A DNA stretch of 56,059 bases, from positions 1 through 56,059 of IMG/VR virus record IMGVR_UViG_3300008262_000247; one strand, 5' to 3'. The notes under the pieces are model-generated. The model ran no database searches. It saw nothing but the letters and a program-made list of their open reading frames with translations, and was not told the DNA's origin. The DNA comes from a virus (lineage: Duplodnaviria > Caudoviricetes). Made by a program: the position numbers and the translations under genes. Shown here one piece after another: positions 32,632 through 42,205 of this stretch. The stretch's first letter is position 1, and each line of letters opens with the position of its first letter.

Positions 32632-32964
32632 ATGGCAAACGTATTTAAAAATAGTATCACAGGTTCAATCGGCACAACGAATACAATAGTATATTCTACA
32701 CCAGCGGCAACTACAACAACAATTATAGGTGTTAATGTTGCAAATGTAGCTACACAAAATATTTCGGTTAGTGTAAGATTGACAGATACTTCGGCAACTA
32801 AAACCGTATATTTAGTAAAAGATGCACTTATTACTCCTGGTTCATCGGTGGTATTAGTGGGTGGTGAGCAAAAAATTGTTATGGAAGCAACCGATACATT
32901 AGCAGTAGTATCATCAGCAGCAACATCTGCAGATGTAATAGTTTCGGCATTAGAATTGACATAA
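32632..32964 (+). CDS. Small virion beta-sandwich protein
   Basis: MANVFKN...VYSTPA.TTTTIIGVNVAN...YLVKD..I.PGSS...KIVME..D.L.V...DVIVSALE. This type is often found after AIALG proteins. Confidence 0.65.
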   Translation: MANVFKNSITGSIGTTNTIVYSTPAATTTTIIGVNVANVATQNISVSVRLTDTSATKTVYLVKDALITPGSSVVLVGGEQKIVMEATDTLAVVSSAATSADVIVSALELT

Positions 32965-32980
32965 AAAAGTAAGTTTGTAG

Positions 32981-35900
32981 ATGAGTAGTTTCATAGGAAA
33001 AAATTCAAATGGCCTAAATCAGGAAAGTTCAAGTTTATTAACACTCTATGTGAGTGGGTCTCCTGTAATTTATACATCACCTAATTCGGTTAGGGTTGTA
33101 AACGGCGCACCATTTTCCGCATCTATAATACAAACATCAACAATAACTCCATCCGGTTCATCTTTATTAATAAATGCGGAAGTAAACATTACTGGATCTG
33201 TATCTGCATCGTTGTTTAGAGGTGATGGTAGTGGATTATTCAATATTCAAGCCGATTCTATCGGAGATATTAATAGAATCAAATCTGGGTCTGCAATTGC
33301 ACAAATTTCACCAAATCAAGGATTAGTAGTAAACGTACCAACATCTATTAGTGGTGGATTATCCGTAAATGGAAATGCAAAGGTTACTGGTTCTATAACT
33401 GTAACTTCAAATTTATTTGTAGGTGGAATTATTCAAGCTGAAGAAATTCGTACAACATATATTTCTTCTTCTGTAATTTATTCATCTGGTTCAAATAAAT
33501 TTGGTGATAGTGTATCTGATAGACAAGAACTAACAGGTAGTGTTGGTATTAGTGGAAGTATAACCGTAACCGGAGATACTATACCAACTGATAATACAAC
33601 AAATGAAGTATTAGTAGTAAATTTAAGCACTGGTAGAGTAGGTAGAAGATTTGCAGCGGCAACATCTGGTACGTCTGGTTCCTCTGGTTCATCTGGAAGT
33701 AGTGGAAGTAGTGGTACAACCGGTTCGGCGGGGTCATCTGGAAGTTCAGGTTCATCGGGTTCATCTGGAAGTAGCGGAAGCAGTGGAAGTTCAGGTTCAT
33801 CTGGTTCATCAGGAAGCAGTGGAAGCTCTGGTTCATCAGGAAGTAGTGGAAGCTCTGGAAGTAGTGGCTCATCTGGAAGTAGTGGAAGTAGTGGTTCATC
33901 AGGAAGTTCAGGTTCATCAGGAAGTAGTGGAAGCTCTGGAAGTAGTGGCTCATCAGGTACAACTGGTTCGGCAGGTTCTTCTGGAAGTAGTGGAAGTTCC
34001 GGTACATCTGGAAAAGATGGCACATCTGGAACTTCTGGTACATCTGGTTCATCAGGAACTAGCGGAAGTTCTGGTTCATCTGGCTCAAGTGGAGCAAGTG
34101 GAAAGGATGGTTCTTCAGGTTCTTCAGGAACATCAGGAAGTGGTACATCTGGTTCTTCAGGCTCATCTGGAAGTAGTGGAAGTAGTGGTTCATCTGGAAG
34201 CTCTGGTTCTTCTGGTATATCTGGTGCTGGTGGTAGTGCCGGTTCATCTGGTTCTTCTGGTTCATCTGGAAGTTCTGGTGTATCCGGTTCATCTGGTTCA
34301 TCGGGAAGTAGTGGTTCATCTGGAAGCTCTGGTTCTTCTGGTATATCTGGTGCCGGTGGTCAAAGTGGTTCAGCAGGAACGAGTGGAAGTTCAGGTTCAT
34401 CTGGAAGTTCAGGTTCTTCTGGTTCTTCTGGTTCATCTGGAAGCAGTGGAAGTTCAGGTACAACGGGAAAAGATGGTACATCAGGTTCATCTGGTACATC
34501 TGGAGCAACTGGTTCACCTGGTACAAGTGGCACATCTGGAAGTTCAGGTTCATCGGGAAGTAGTGGTACTTCTGGAGTAACGGGAAAAGATGGTTCATCT
34601 GGAAGTTCTGGTTCATCCGGTTCTTCAGGAAGTAGTGGAAGCTCTGGTACATCCGGTGCTAGTGGAAAAGATGGTACATCGGGTTCATCAGGAAGTTCAG
34701 GTTCTTCAGGCTCATCTGGAAGCAGTGGAAGTTCCGGCTCATCTGGAGCTAGTGGTTCATCTGGAAGTAGCGGAAGTTCTGGTTCATCTGGAAGTTCTGG
34801 TTCATCCGGAAGTAGTGGAAGTTCTGGTTCATCTGGAGTTAGTGGCTCATCTGGCTCATCTGGAAGTAGTGGAAGCTCTGGAAGTAGTGGCACATCTGGT
34901 ACATCAGGTACGAGTGGCACATCGGGAACTTCTGGAAAAAGTGGTTCTTCTGGTTCTTCTGGTTCATCTGGAAGTAGCGGAAGCAGTGGAAGTTCAGGTT
35001 CATCCGGCTCATCTGGTTCATCAGGAAGTAGTGGAAGTTCTGGAAGTAGTGGTAGTGCCGGTTCATCTGGTTCATCTGGATTACTTTCTTTGACAGGTAC
35101 TACTGTAAATGGTGTGATAACATTAGCAGCAAGTGGAGCTCCAAATGCAAATGTAAATGCAAATTTAACTTTTAATGGTACTACATTAGCAGTAACTGGT
35201 AACGCTACAATTAGTGGTGACCTTACTGTAAGTGGTACTACAACATATATTAATACAACAACTCTTAATGTAGGTGATAACATCATTACGTTAAATGCGG
35301 ATATTGGTGCATCAACTGCTCCAACTGAAAATGCTGGTATTGAAGTTAAGAGAGGTAATGCTTCAACTGTTTCATTCTATTGGAACGAATCTACTGATAG
35401 ATGGTATGCGGATAATACTTTTGAAGTAAATGGTAATGTAATTCTTTCAGGTACAATAGATACTGGTCAGGGAGCAACTGAAGTTTATTTAATGAATCAA
35501 AACATCAGAACAACTGATGCTGTAACATTTGCAACCGTAAATACTGGCCAGGGTGCTAACGAATTATACGCAATGGACCAAAACGTTAGAACATCCGATA
35601 ACGTTCAATTTGCAAACGTAACTGCAACCGGATTTGTTAGAGCTACAAATGGATTTATTGCAAGTGATAACGTAAGAATTTTTGCACCACAAGGAGCATC
35701 TTATGTTACATCGGCATCAACTATAACTGGTGCTTGGAAAATAAAATTACCTACATCTAAAAATAACTCATCTACAATGATGAGAATGACTGTTCAAATT
35801 TATCAGTATAATACTGGTAAATCACATACATTCTATATTGGTGGATACAATTATAGTGGTGGTAACTGGTATAATATATTTGCAACAAATATAACCGATA

Positions 35901-38900
35901 GTGGTGATAACTATACTGTTAGATTTGGATACGATGGTTCATCCGATTGTATATGGATTGGTGAGACTGGTTCTTCTTGGTCTTATCCACAAGTATTTGT
36001 TACTGATGCTCAATTTGGATATAATGGATATGATACAAACTGGGGAACTGGATGGTCAATTAATCCAGTAACTTCATTTGATACTGTTGAACAAAGTAGA
36101 ACTGCAGCTCTTACCTTAAACTCTACATTACATCCATACGCAGCAAATATGAACCAATATGTTAGAACGTATGATACTGTAACATTTAACAATATCAACG
36201 TTACTAATAATATAGAATCGGTAGGTGGAGATATTAAATTCACTGGTTCTGATTCGTATATTTGGATGCCAAATAACAACTCTTACTCAACCGGATTTTA
36301 TGACCCAGTATCTGGATTAGTTCCGATTAACATTAGTGGGCCTTCTGATGGTATATTCATTGGTAACAATATGTGGATTAGCTATAATACTGCTAATAAC
36401 AATAACTACAATGAAAATATTAGACTGTATCCTGCAGGAAACGGTGTATCCGTAATTGGATTTAGAGCTGGGGCTGGTACAACTGGTGGAACACCTGATA
36501 CTTCTATATTGGGATATAGTACTTATTTTGAAACTCGTGTTGGTTCTACTTGGGAAACGAGGATATATAGTGGATATGCGGAAGCAAGAGGTGATTTTAG
36601 AGCACCAATATTCAGAGATAGTGCTGACCCAAGTAATAGATATGTAGACCCTAACTCTACTTCCCAAATGAACTTTATAAGATTGTATGATTCCGAATCA
36701 ATGCAATTATATGGTATTAGAGGCCGTTTTACAAACGAATATATACATCTTTATAATAAAGTTGGTGTAGGGCATCCAGGTGGATGGGGAGCCGGAGAAG
36801 GAAATACTCCTGTTTATGGCTTATCTACATATGGTGCAATGAATATCGGATATGGTTATACTGCTGATAGCAGTTTAACTGGTACGTTGAATATTAATGG
36901 TAGTACTATAAATGGTACAAACGATGCAACTCTTTATATAACTTCTACAAATAATAATGACTGGTTATTAAGACTAAATGCTTCCAATGGTTCTAAAACG
37001 GAATATGGTATGTACGTTGGTATTCCAGCCGGTGCATCTTATGCTTATGCTGTTTTAAGAGATAATAATACTTGGGTATATAGGGTAAGTGGGCAAGGAT
37101 ACGTTTATACAAATTATATAGAAGATATTACAAACTCAGCATATAGAATTGATTTTGAAAGTACATCCAGATTAAATGCATTACAGGTAAATAAAACATA
37201 TCAAAATGAACAATATATTGATGTACCTGGAACATTCAATGCATCATCTAGAAGATGGGTAAGATTTAGTATTAGTAGATTTAATGCAGGCGGTTCTCCA
37301 GTTAGAATATCAATATCTCGTTCTATTTCCGATAATGGTTCAAACCCTTATGGTGGTTGTACTGCAGAATTTGTAATTAATTCCAGAGAGTGGCATAGTG
37401 GACAAGAAAATATGTGGTATTTCTATACTGAACATGGTTCTTATAACGCTAACCAAAATCCTTATGCATATTTCATTTATCAAGCCGGTCCAAGAGATTT
37501 AGCGGGTGGTGGATATTGGTTCTATATGTTATTATTAGATGGTGTTCGTTATAGAATGTCTGTATCTGCAGATATGAACTTTAATAATGATGGAATAGGT
37601 GGTATAGAATATAGTGTTAGTGATCCTGGTGGTGTTCCAAGAATTCCATTAGGTTCTGGTGTAATTGGTAACAACTCAACTTATAATCAAATTACCGCAA
37701 CAAACGGTATGTTTGGTATAATATATGATTACGATGATAGAGGATTTTATGTAGACCCTAATAGTACAACAAACATTAGATACTTAAAAGTTAATACTAC
37801 CGGAACATCATCTGGTACAAGAGCATTAACTATTAAGCAAGATGGTCAAGGAGAAATTAACTTTGGCTCATATCCTGCATCTTGGACATCGGCATTACAA
37901 ATTCAAAATAATAATAATACTGATTATCTATGGATGTCTCCATTAGATGATGGATATGCTGGTAGAATTGTAATGGTGGGTGATAACTTAGATATCTATC
38001 CACAAAACTCATATTCAGCAACATTCGTACCTGGTGAAATTAGAAGTGCAATGTTGAGACACCCGTCATCAACGAGTTATTATGTTCAACCGGCAGATAC
38101 ATCGTTTATGGCCAGAGTTGTGTTACAACAAAATCCTGTTGGTACTGGATATGCAAATAACTCAAACGTTCCATCTTACTACTTTGGACAAGCGAGTGGT
38201 AATGATGATGGTTGGAAAATATATAGTGAATCTCCTGGTGGTTCAAATACCGGAGCACTTATTTTACAATCCGAAGATGATTATGATGGTAATGAATCTA
38301 TTAGATTAAGATTTAAGAGAACTTATCCTGGTTATCAAACAAGTGATATATTGGTTGCGTATTATAACTACGCACAATTTAATGGTGAATTAAGAGCACC
38401 AATATTTGTTGACTCAGATAACCCTGCGTACTTTGTAGACCCAAATAGCCGTTCTCGTTTGGCATCAATGGATTATGGTAACGCATCATACTACTTAGCA
38501 GGTGGTAGTTGGGGGTATCGTCATAATACTCCTTATGGATATATTGAATTTGGACCGGCTAACTCATCACATGCTCACATTTATACTGACCGTTCTAACT
38601 TCTACTACAACGTAGATGATTCTTATTTGAATGGTAGAAGAATATTGATGGAAAATCGTTGGTTGAGTAATCTTTATTTTGGCACTGGTGGTGATATATA
38701 CACAATACGATTAAGAAGTTCTTACGATGGCGGATATTACATAGAACCAAGAGGATATAGCTATATTGGTAGAGATAATGGTCCTGTAATGGAGATGGTC
38801 AAATATGGTTCAGCTCCTGGTAACAATACATCATTATTAGTAAGAAACCAATATGGTAACCACTCTTGGGGTATTGTTGCGGAATTCCGTGTTGAGGCAA

Positions 38901-39049
38901 GTGGTGGTACTGATAGACCTTCAATTCTATTCTCATCTGGATATAATAGCTGGACTTGGTCTGTTGGTTATGGTATGCGGATGATAACTTCCGTATTAAT
39001 GATAGACATGGTTGGAGAAATGGTAGTTGGGGTAATACTAGATTATTGA
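32981..39049 (+). CDS. Long tail fibre protein, N-terminal part (Gly-X-Ser tract, fibre modules); frameshifts into 38956 ORF
   Basis: 2022-aa ORF. Contains a GSS tract, the GDLTVSGTTTYINTTTLNVGDNIITLN module and repeated RAPIFxDS..YxDPN motifs. Confidence 0.82.
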   Translation: MSSFIGKNSNGLNQESSSLLTLYVSGSPVIYTSPNSVRVVNGAPFSASIIQTSTITPSGSSLLINAEVNITGSVSASLFRGDGSGLFNIQADSIGDINRIKSGSAIAQISPNQGLVVNVPTSISGGLSVNGNAKVTGSITVTSNLFVGGIIQAEEIRTTYISSSVIYSSGSNKFGDSVSDRQELTGSVGISGSITVTGDTIPTDNTTNEVLVVNLSTGRVGRRFAAATSGTSGSSGSSGSSGSSGTTGSAGSSGSSGSSGSSGSSGSSGSSGSSGSSGSSGSSGSSGSSGSSGSSGSSGSSGSSGSSGSSGSSGSSGSSGSSGSSGTTGSAGSSGSSGSSGTSGKDGTSGTSGTSGSSGTSGSSGSSGSSGASGKDGSSGSSGTSGSGTSGSSGSSGSSGSSGSSGSSGSSGISGAGGSAGSSGSSGSSGSSGVSGSSGSSGSSGSSGSSGSSGISGAGGQSGSAGTSGSSGSSGSSGSSGSSGSSGSSGSSGTTGKDGTSGSSGTSGATGSPGTSGTSGSSGSSGSSGTSGVTGKDGSSGSSGSSGSSGSSGSSGTSGASGKDGTSGSSGSSGSSGSSGSSGSSGSSGASGSSGSSGSSGSSGSSGSSGSSGSSGSSGVSGSSGSSGSSGSSGSSGTSGTSGTSGTSGTSGKSGSSGSSGSSGSSGSSGSSGSSGSSGSSGSSGSSGSSGSAGSSGSSGLLSLTGTTVNGVITLAASGAPNANVNANLTFNGTTLAVTGNATISGDLTVSGTTTYINTTTLNVGDNIITLNADIGASTAPTENAGIEVKRGNASTVSFYWNESTDRWYADNTFEVNGNVILSGTIDTGQGATEVYLMNQNIRTTDAVTFATVNTGQGANELYAMDQNVRTSDNVQFANVTATGFVRATNGFIASDNVRIFAPQGASYVTSASTITGAWKIKLPTSKNNSSTMMRMTVQIYQYNTGKSHTFYIGGYNYSGGNWYNIFATNITDSGDNYTVRFGYDGSSDCIWIGETGSSWSYPQVFVTDAQFGYNGYDTNWGTGWSINPVTSFDTVEQSRTAALTLNSTLHPYAANMNQYVRTYDTVTFNNINVTNNIESVGGDIKFTGSDSYIWMPNNNSYSTGFYDPVSGLVPINISGPSDGIFIGNNMWISYNTANNNNYNENIRLYPAGNGVSVIGFRAGAGTTGGTPDTSILGYSTYFETRVGSTWETRIYSGYAEARGDFRAPIFRDSADPSNRYVDPNSTSQMNFIRLYDSESMQLYGIRGRFTNEYIHLYNKVGVGHPGGWGAGEGNTPVYGLSTYGAMNIGYGYTADSSLTGTLNINGSTINGTNDATLYITSTNNNDWLLRLNASNGSKTEYGMYVGIPAGASYAYAVLRDNNTWVYRVSGQGYVYTNYIEDITNSAYRIDFESTSRLNALQVNKTYQNEQYIDVPGTFNASSRRWVRFSISRFNAGGSPVRISISRSISDNGSNPYGGCTAEFVINSREWHSGQENMWYFYTEHGSYNANQNPYAYFIYQAGPRDLAGGGYWFYMLLLDGVRYRMSVSADMNFNNDGIGGIEYSVSDPGGVPRIPLGSGVIGNNSTYNQITATNGMFGIIYDYDDRGFYVDPNSTTNIRYLKVNTTGTSSGTRALTIKQDGQGEINFGSYPASWTSALQIQNNNNTDYLWMSPLDDGYAGRIVMVGDNLDIYPQNSYSATFVPGEIRSAMLRHPSSTSYYVQPADTSFMARVVLQQNPVGTGYANNSNVPSYYFGQASGNDDGWKIYSESPGGSNTGALILQSEDDYDGNESIRLRFKRTYPGYQTSDILVAYYNYAQFNGELRAPIFVDSDNPAYFVDPNSRSRLASMDYGNASYYLAGGSWGYRHNTPYGYIEFGPANSSHAHIYTDRSNFYYNVDDSYLNGRRILMENRWLSNLYFGTGGDIYTIRLRSSYDGGYYIEPRGYSYIGRDNGPVMEMVKYGSAPGNNTSLLVRNQYGNHSWGIVAEFRVEASGGTDRPSILFSSGYNSWTWSVGYGMRMITSVLMIDMVGEMVVGVILDY
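33660..35080 (+). repeat. Gly-X-Y triplet tract (GSS), ~470 aa
   Basis: Near-continuous GSSGSSGTS in the translation. Confidence 0.97.
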
Positions 39050-40872
39050 TTGATACTGGTAGTACAACTTATATATATGGTTCTTTTCAAGCAGATATAA
39101 CATACGATAGAAATAGTACCGGTTATTATTTTGGTAGCGGTAATGGAGATGCTAGTTTTGCAGGAACATCTACAAACAATCTTTATGTAAGACCGGGATA
39201 TATGCTGTATTCTGATATGGGTGGTTGGACCGGAGAATATAATAAAATTCAATGGCACTCATCTCACTTGTACATGCAACAAAGAAGTGGTGGTTATCAC
39301 ATTATGAGAAGAACTGATGGTAATAACACTCACTATTTTGCAGAAGATGGAAATATATGGACAAGTTATTGGGGATGGTTGACGGGTATAATCAATCAGG
39401 CAGTAAGAACTGATTCATCACCAACATTCCAAGAAGTTTATGCAAATGGTTGGTTCAGAAACAATAACTCTGGACAAGGTTTGTATAATCAAAACAGAGG
39501 AATGCACTGGTATTCTAATAATGGATATTGGAAATCAGCTGGTGGTGGATATGCATATGGTGGTATAGTCTTTTACAATAACTACGAATCTGATTTAAGA
39601 GGATACGCTGGATATTGGGATGGTAGTGGATTTGGTATGTTGAATAGTTCTGGTAACTGGCAGATTCGTATTGAATATGGTAACGCTGATGGCAATGGTA
39701 ACTCTCAATGGCAAGGTCTGACTGATTATGGTAGAATGAGAACCGGCTTGACGGGTAAAGGTGGTTCTAACTATCGTAGAAATGATTATACCGGTGATAG
39801 TAACCACTGGACCGGTGTAATGGGTTGGGGTACTCAAGACCTGAATACTGTTCAAGGATGGGGAGCTGGATTTACCGATACTTGGTCAAATCCTGGAAAC
39901 CAGCCTCCTGGAACATCACACTGGTTAGGTATGCAGACATATCACTATGTTTATAGTGGTTATGGATATGGATGGCAAATAGAAGGTGGACCAGTTGATA
40001 GACTTTGGTTTAGAAACTCTTGGCCGTATAATTCAGGTTGGAAAGCACAGGTTGACTCAAATAATAGAGGTGAATATTGTATTCCTACTTATGACTACAA
40101 CCACTATTCAAGAGTTTACTTTACTTACAATAGAGGATACTACGCAACACAAACCGATTCGGCAATGTGTCAACCATACTCTACTGGTAATAATGGTGCG
40201 TTTATGTCATTCCACAAAGGAGGCTATTATGCTATTAACTTAGGTTTGGATGGTGATAACGTTGTAAGATGGGGTGGTTGGTCTTCCAGATGGCAGAGAT
40301 ACTATTTGAATGATGATACTTTGGGTACTCCTTATATCTTACGTTCAAACTTTGATAACTATGGTTCTGGTGGTATTTGGGTATCGGATGATGGTGATTT
40401 AGTTGACTTAAATGATGGTTATTTAGCATTAAGAGCTTCATATGGTTTAAGAATCCATAGTGGTAATAGAGGTGGTGGTGCAAACATCAACTTAAGATAT
40501 GATGGTGTGATTATCGCATCAAACAACATTATCGCATATGGCTCCCCTTCGGATAGAAGATTGAAAGATAATGTTAAGTACTATGAAAATGCATTGGATA
40601 AAGTACTTAGACTTAGAGGTGTTGAATTTGATTGGAAAGAAGGTACTGATGAGTATGAAACAACCGGATTAAGACATGATATTGGTTTCATAGCACAAGA
40701 AGTTGAAGATGTTGAACCATTATTAGTAAGACCTGATGATGGTGGATATTTAGCATTGAGAGATAGAGCAATACCGGCATTATTAGTAAACGCTATTCAG
40801 GAACAACAAAAAATGATTGAAGAATTGAAAGCGGAAGTAAAAATGTTAAAAGAAAAATTAGGGTTTGAGTAA
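38974..40872 (+). CDS. Tail fibre C-terminal part with intramolecular chaperone (peptidase S74-like) domain
   Basis: SDRRLKDN...LRGVEFDWK...IGFIAQEVE...LLVNAIQEQQ followed by a coiled coil. The frame continues sensibly from WSVGYG into YADDNFRI. The ORF track start is 38956. Confidence 0.85.
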   Translation, partial: YADDNFRINDRHGWRNGSWGNTRLLIDTGSTTYIYGSFQADITYDRNSTGYYFGSGNGDASFAGTSTNNLYVRPGYMLYSDMGGWTGEYNKIQWHSSHLYMQQRSGGYHIMRRTDGNNTHYFAEDGNIWTSYWGWLTGIINQAVRTDSSPTFQEVYANGWFRNNNSGQGLYNQNRGMHWYSNNGYWKSAGGGYAYGGIVFYNNYESDLRGYAGYWDGSGFGMLNSSGNWQIRIEYGNADGNGNSQWQGLTDYGRMRTGLTGKGGSNYRRNDYTGDSNHWTGVMGWGTQDLNTVQGWGAGFTDTWSNPGNQPPGTSHWLGMQTYHYVYSGYGYGWQIEGGPVDRLWFRNSWPYNSGWKAQVDSNNRGEYCIPTYDYNHYSRVYFTYNRGYYATQTDSAMCQPYSTGNNGAFMSFHKGGYYAINLGLDGDNVVRWGGWSSRWQRYYLNDDTLGTPYILRSNFDNYGSGGIWVSDDGDLVDLNDGYLALRASYGLRIHSGNRGGGANINLRYDGVIIASNNIIAYGSPSDRRLKDNVKYYENALDKVLRLRGVEFDWKEGTDEYETTGLRHDIGFIAQEVEDVEPLLVRPDDGGYLALRDRAIPALLVNAIQEQQKMIEELKAEVKMLKEKLGFE

Positions 40873-40880
40873 ACAACTAT

Positions 40881-40889
40881 ATATTTATA
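40881..40889 (+). promoter_or_regulatory. ATATTTATA putative late promoter
   Basis: Recurring motif upstream of ATG 40911. Confidence 0.6.
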
Positions 40890-40910
40890 TATATTAAAAA
40901 GAGAATAACT

Positions 40911-41336
40911 ATGGCAATTAAAATAGCAGCAGAAATTGGAACATCACAGGGTATAACCGATGAAGCGTATGTTAGAATTTATCGTTACGTTGTAGATAGA
41001 AACAAAGGTGCATTAGAACTTTATGTGAATGTATTTAAAAATGAAGAAACCGCAAGATTATTAGAAACTAATATTTCTAATCGTATGGGTGCACCAATTC
41101 AAGATAGATTCCTTGCAAAAGTTGATGCAATTCCACATTGGCATTCATTACCTATGATAAGAACCGAAGAAGAAATTATTGATGGTAGAGTTTATGAAAA
41201 GAAAGTTTCTGATTTTAGTGTATTGGAAGGTGCAGATATATTTGCAAAAGCATATCCTTTGTTAAAAGAAAAGATTGCGGCAGATTTAATTGAAAGAAAT
41301 GTAATAGCATCTCCATCGGTTTTAGTTGATTGTTAA
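40911..41336 (+). CDS. Hypothetical protein (fibre-associated)
   Basis: 141-aa ORF with normal codon usage, located after the fibre gene. Confidence 0.6.
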   Translation: MAIKIAAEIGTSQGITDEAYVRIYRYVVDRNKGALELYVNVFKNEETARLLETNISNRMGAPIQDRFLAKVDAIPHWHSLPMIRTEEEIIDGRVYEKKVSDFSVLEGADIFAKAYPLLKEKIAADLIERNVIASPSVLVDC

Positions 41337-41351
41337 AATAAAATAATAAAA

Positions 41352-41639
41352 ATGCTTACAAAAGTAACTGATAAAAACTTATTTGGAAAAACTGTAAATA
41401 TAGTTTTTACAAACCTTCTTAATTATGATTTACAAAATGATGATTGTACATTAAGATATGAATTAAGATTTAGAGACCCTAATAGAGAGTCCGTAGCAAT
41501 TCCTGATAATTTGGTTGCAGCCGGAGAATGGAAAGTTCCGGCAAATGTTTTAACTGCATGGAGTGGTAGTAATCATTATTTAGCAGAAAAAATGTGTGAA
41601 GAATTTGGGTTTAATGTAGTTGAAGAATTACAATCATAA
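41352..41639 (+). CDS. Hypothetical protein
   Basis: 95-aa ORF with an A-rich start context. Confidence 0.6.
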   Translation: MLTKVTDKNLFGKTVNIVFTNLLNYDLQNDDCTLRYELRFRDPNRESVAIPDNLVAAGEWKVPANVLTAWSGSNHYLAEKMCEEFGFNVVEELQS

Positions 41640-41656
41640 TAAAAAAGTTAATCTTA

Positions 41657-41665
41657 ATATTTATA
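41657..41665 (+). promoter_or_regulatory. ATATTTATA putative late promoter
   Basis: Recurring motif upstream of ATG 41685. Confidence 0.6.
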
Positions 41666-41684
41666 ATTAATTAAAAAACAAATT

Positions 41685-42074
41685 ATGGCATATACATACG
41701 ATTGGAAATTAACAGGCCTAAAAAAACAAAGTAGAAATGGTATAGAAGGAGCTGTTGTTCAAACATATTGGAAAGTTATTGCAACTGATGAAGATGGTGA
41801 TACTGGCGAATTCGTTGGTGGAACACCATTTCCTATAACATCTGTTGATCCAGAAAATTTTACTCCTTACGATGAATTAACCGAAGCAGATGTGCTTGAA
41901 TGGATTAAAAATTATGTAAGTGGTTCAAATGTATCAACGAATTATTGGGGACATATATCCAATGTAATAGAAAAACAATTAGAGGAAAAGAAATCACCAA
42001 TAGTTTCAATAGGAGAATTTGAATTCCCTTGGTCAACCGGCTCATTAGCAAGTGGTTCAACTATCCCTTACTAA
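41685..42074 (+). CDS. Small fibre-associated protein
   Basis: YDWKLTGL...VVQTYW...FTPYDELTEADVLEWI...PW, a pattern common next to phage tail fibres. Confidence 0.65.
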   Translation: MAYTYDWKLTGLKKQSRNGIEGAVVQTYWKVIATDEDGDTGEFVGGTPFPITSVDPENFTPYDELTEADVLEWIKNYVSGSNVSTNYWGHISNVIEKQLEEKKSPIVSIGEFEFPWSTGSLASGSTIPY

Positions 42075-42095
42075 TAACAATTTATAGAAGATTAG

Positions 42096-42139
42096 AACCC
42101 AAATCATAGTTTTAAATGAAATTGTGTTTTGGGTTTTTT
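42096..42139 (+). terminator. Probable terminator
   Basis: AACCCAAA...TTTGGGTTTTTT imperfect long hairpin plus U-tract. Confidence 0.65.
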
Positions 42140-42143
42140 CTTT

Positions 42144-42152
42144 ATATTTATA
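42144..42152 (+). promoter_or_regulatory. ATATTTATA putative late promoter
   Basis: Recurring motif upstream of the sheath start at 42206. Confidence 0.6.
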
Positions 42153-42205
42153 TCTGTATTTTTGTAAACAAATACCACTATTAAAAATCAAATCGGAGAA
42201 ATAAA

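Noticed and set aside
27420-35080. Possible CRISPR array or non-coding tandem repeat
   Set aside because: No fixed repeat with unique spacers. It is a degenerate 9-nt coding periodicity within open frames.
33478-35286. Antisense and alternative-frame ORFs over the second GSS tract
   Set aside because: Same low-complexity shadow effect.
36000-40500. Diversity-generating retroelement or invertible shufflon in the fibre tip
   Set aside because: No reverse transcriptase or recombinase, no template/variable repeat pair and no inverted cassettes seen in the window.
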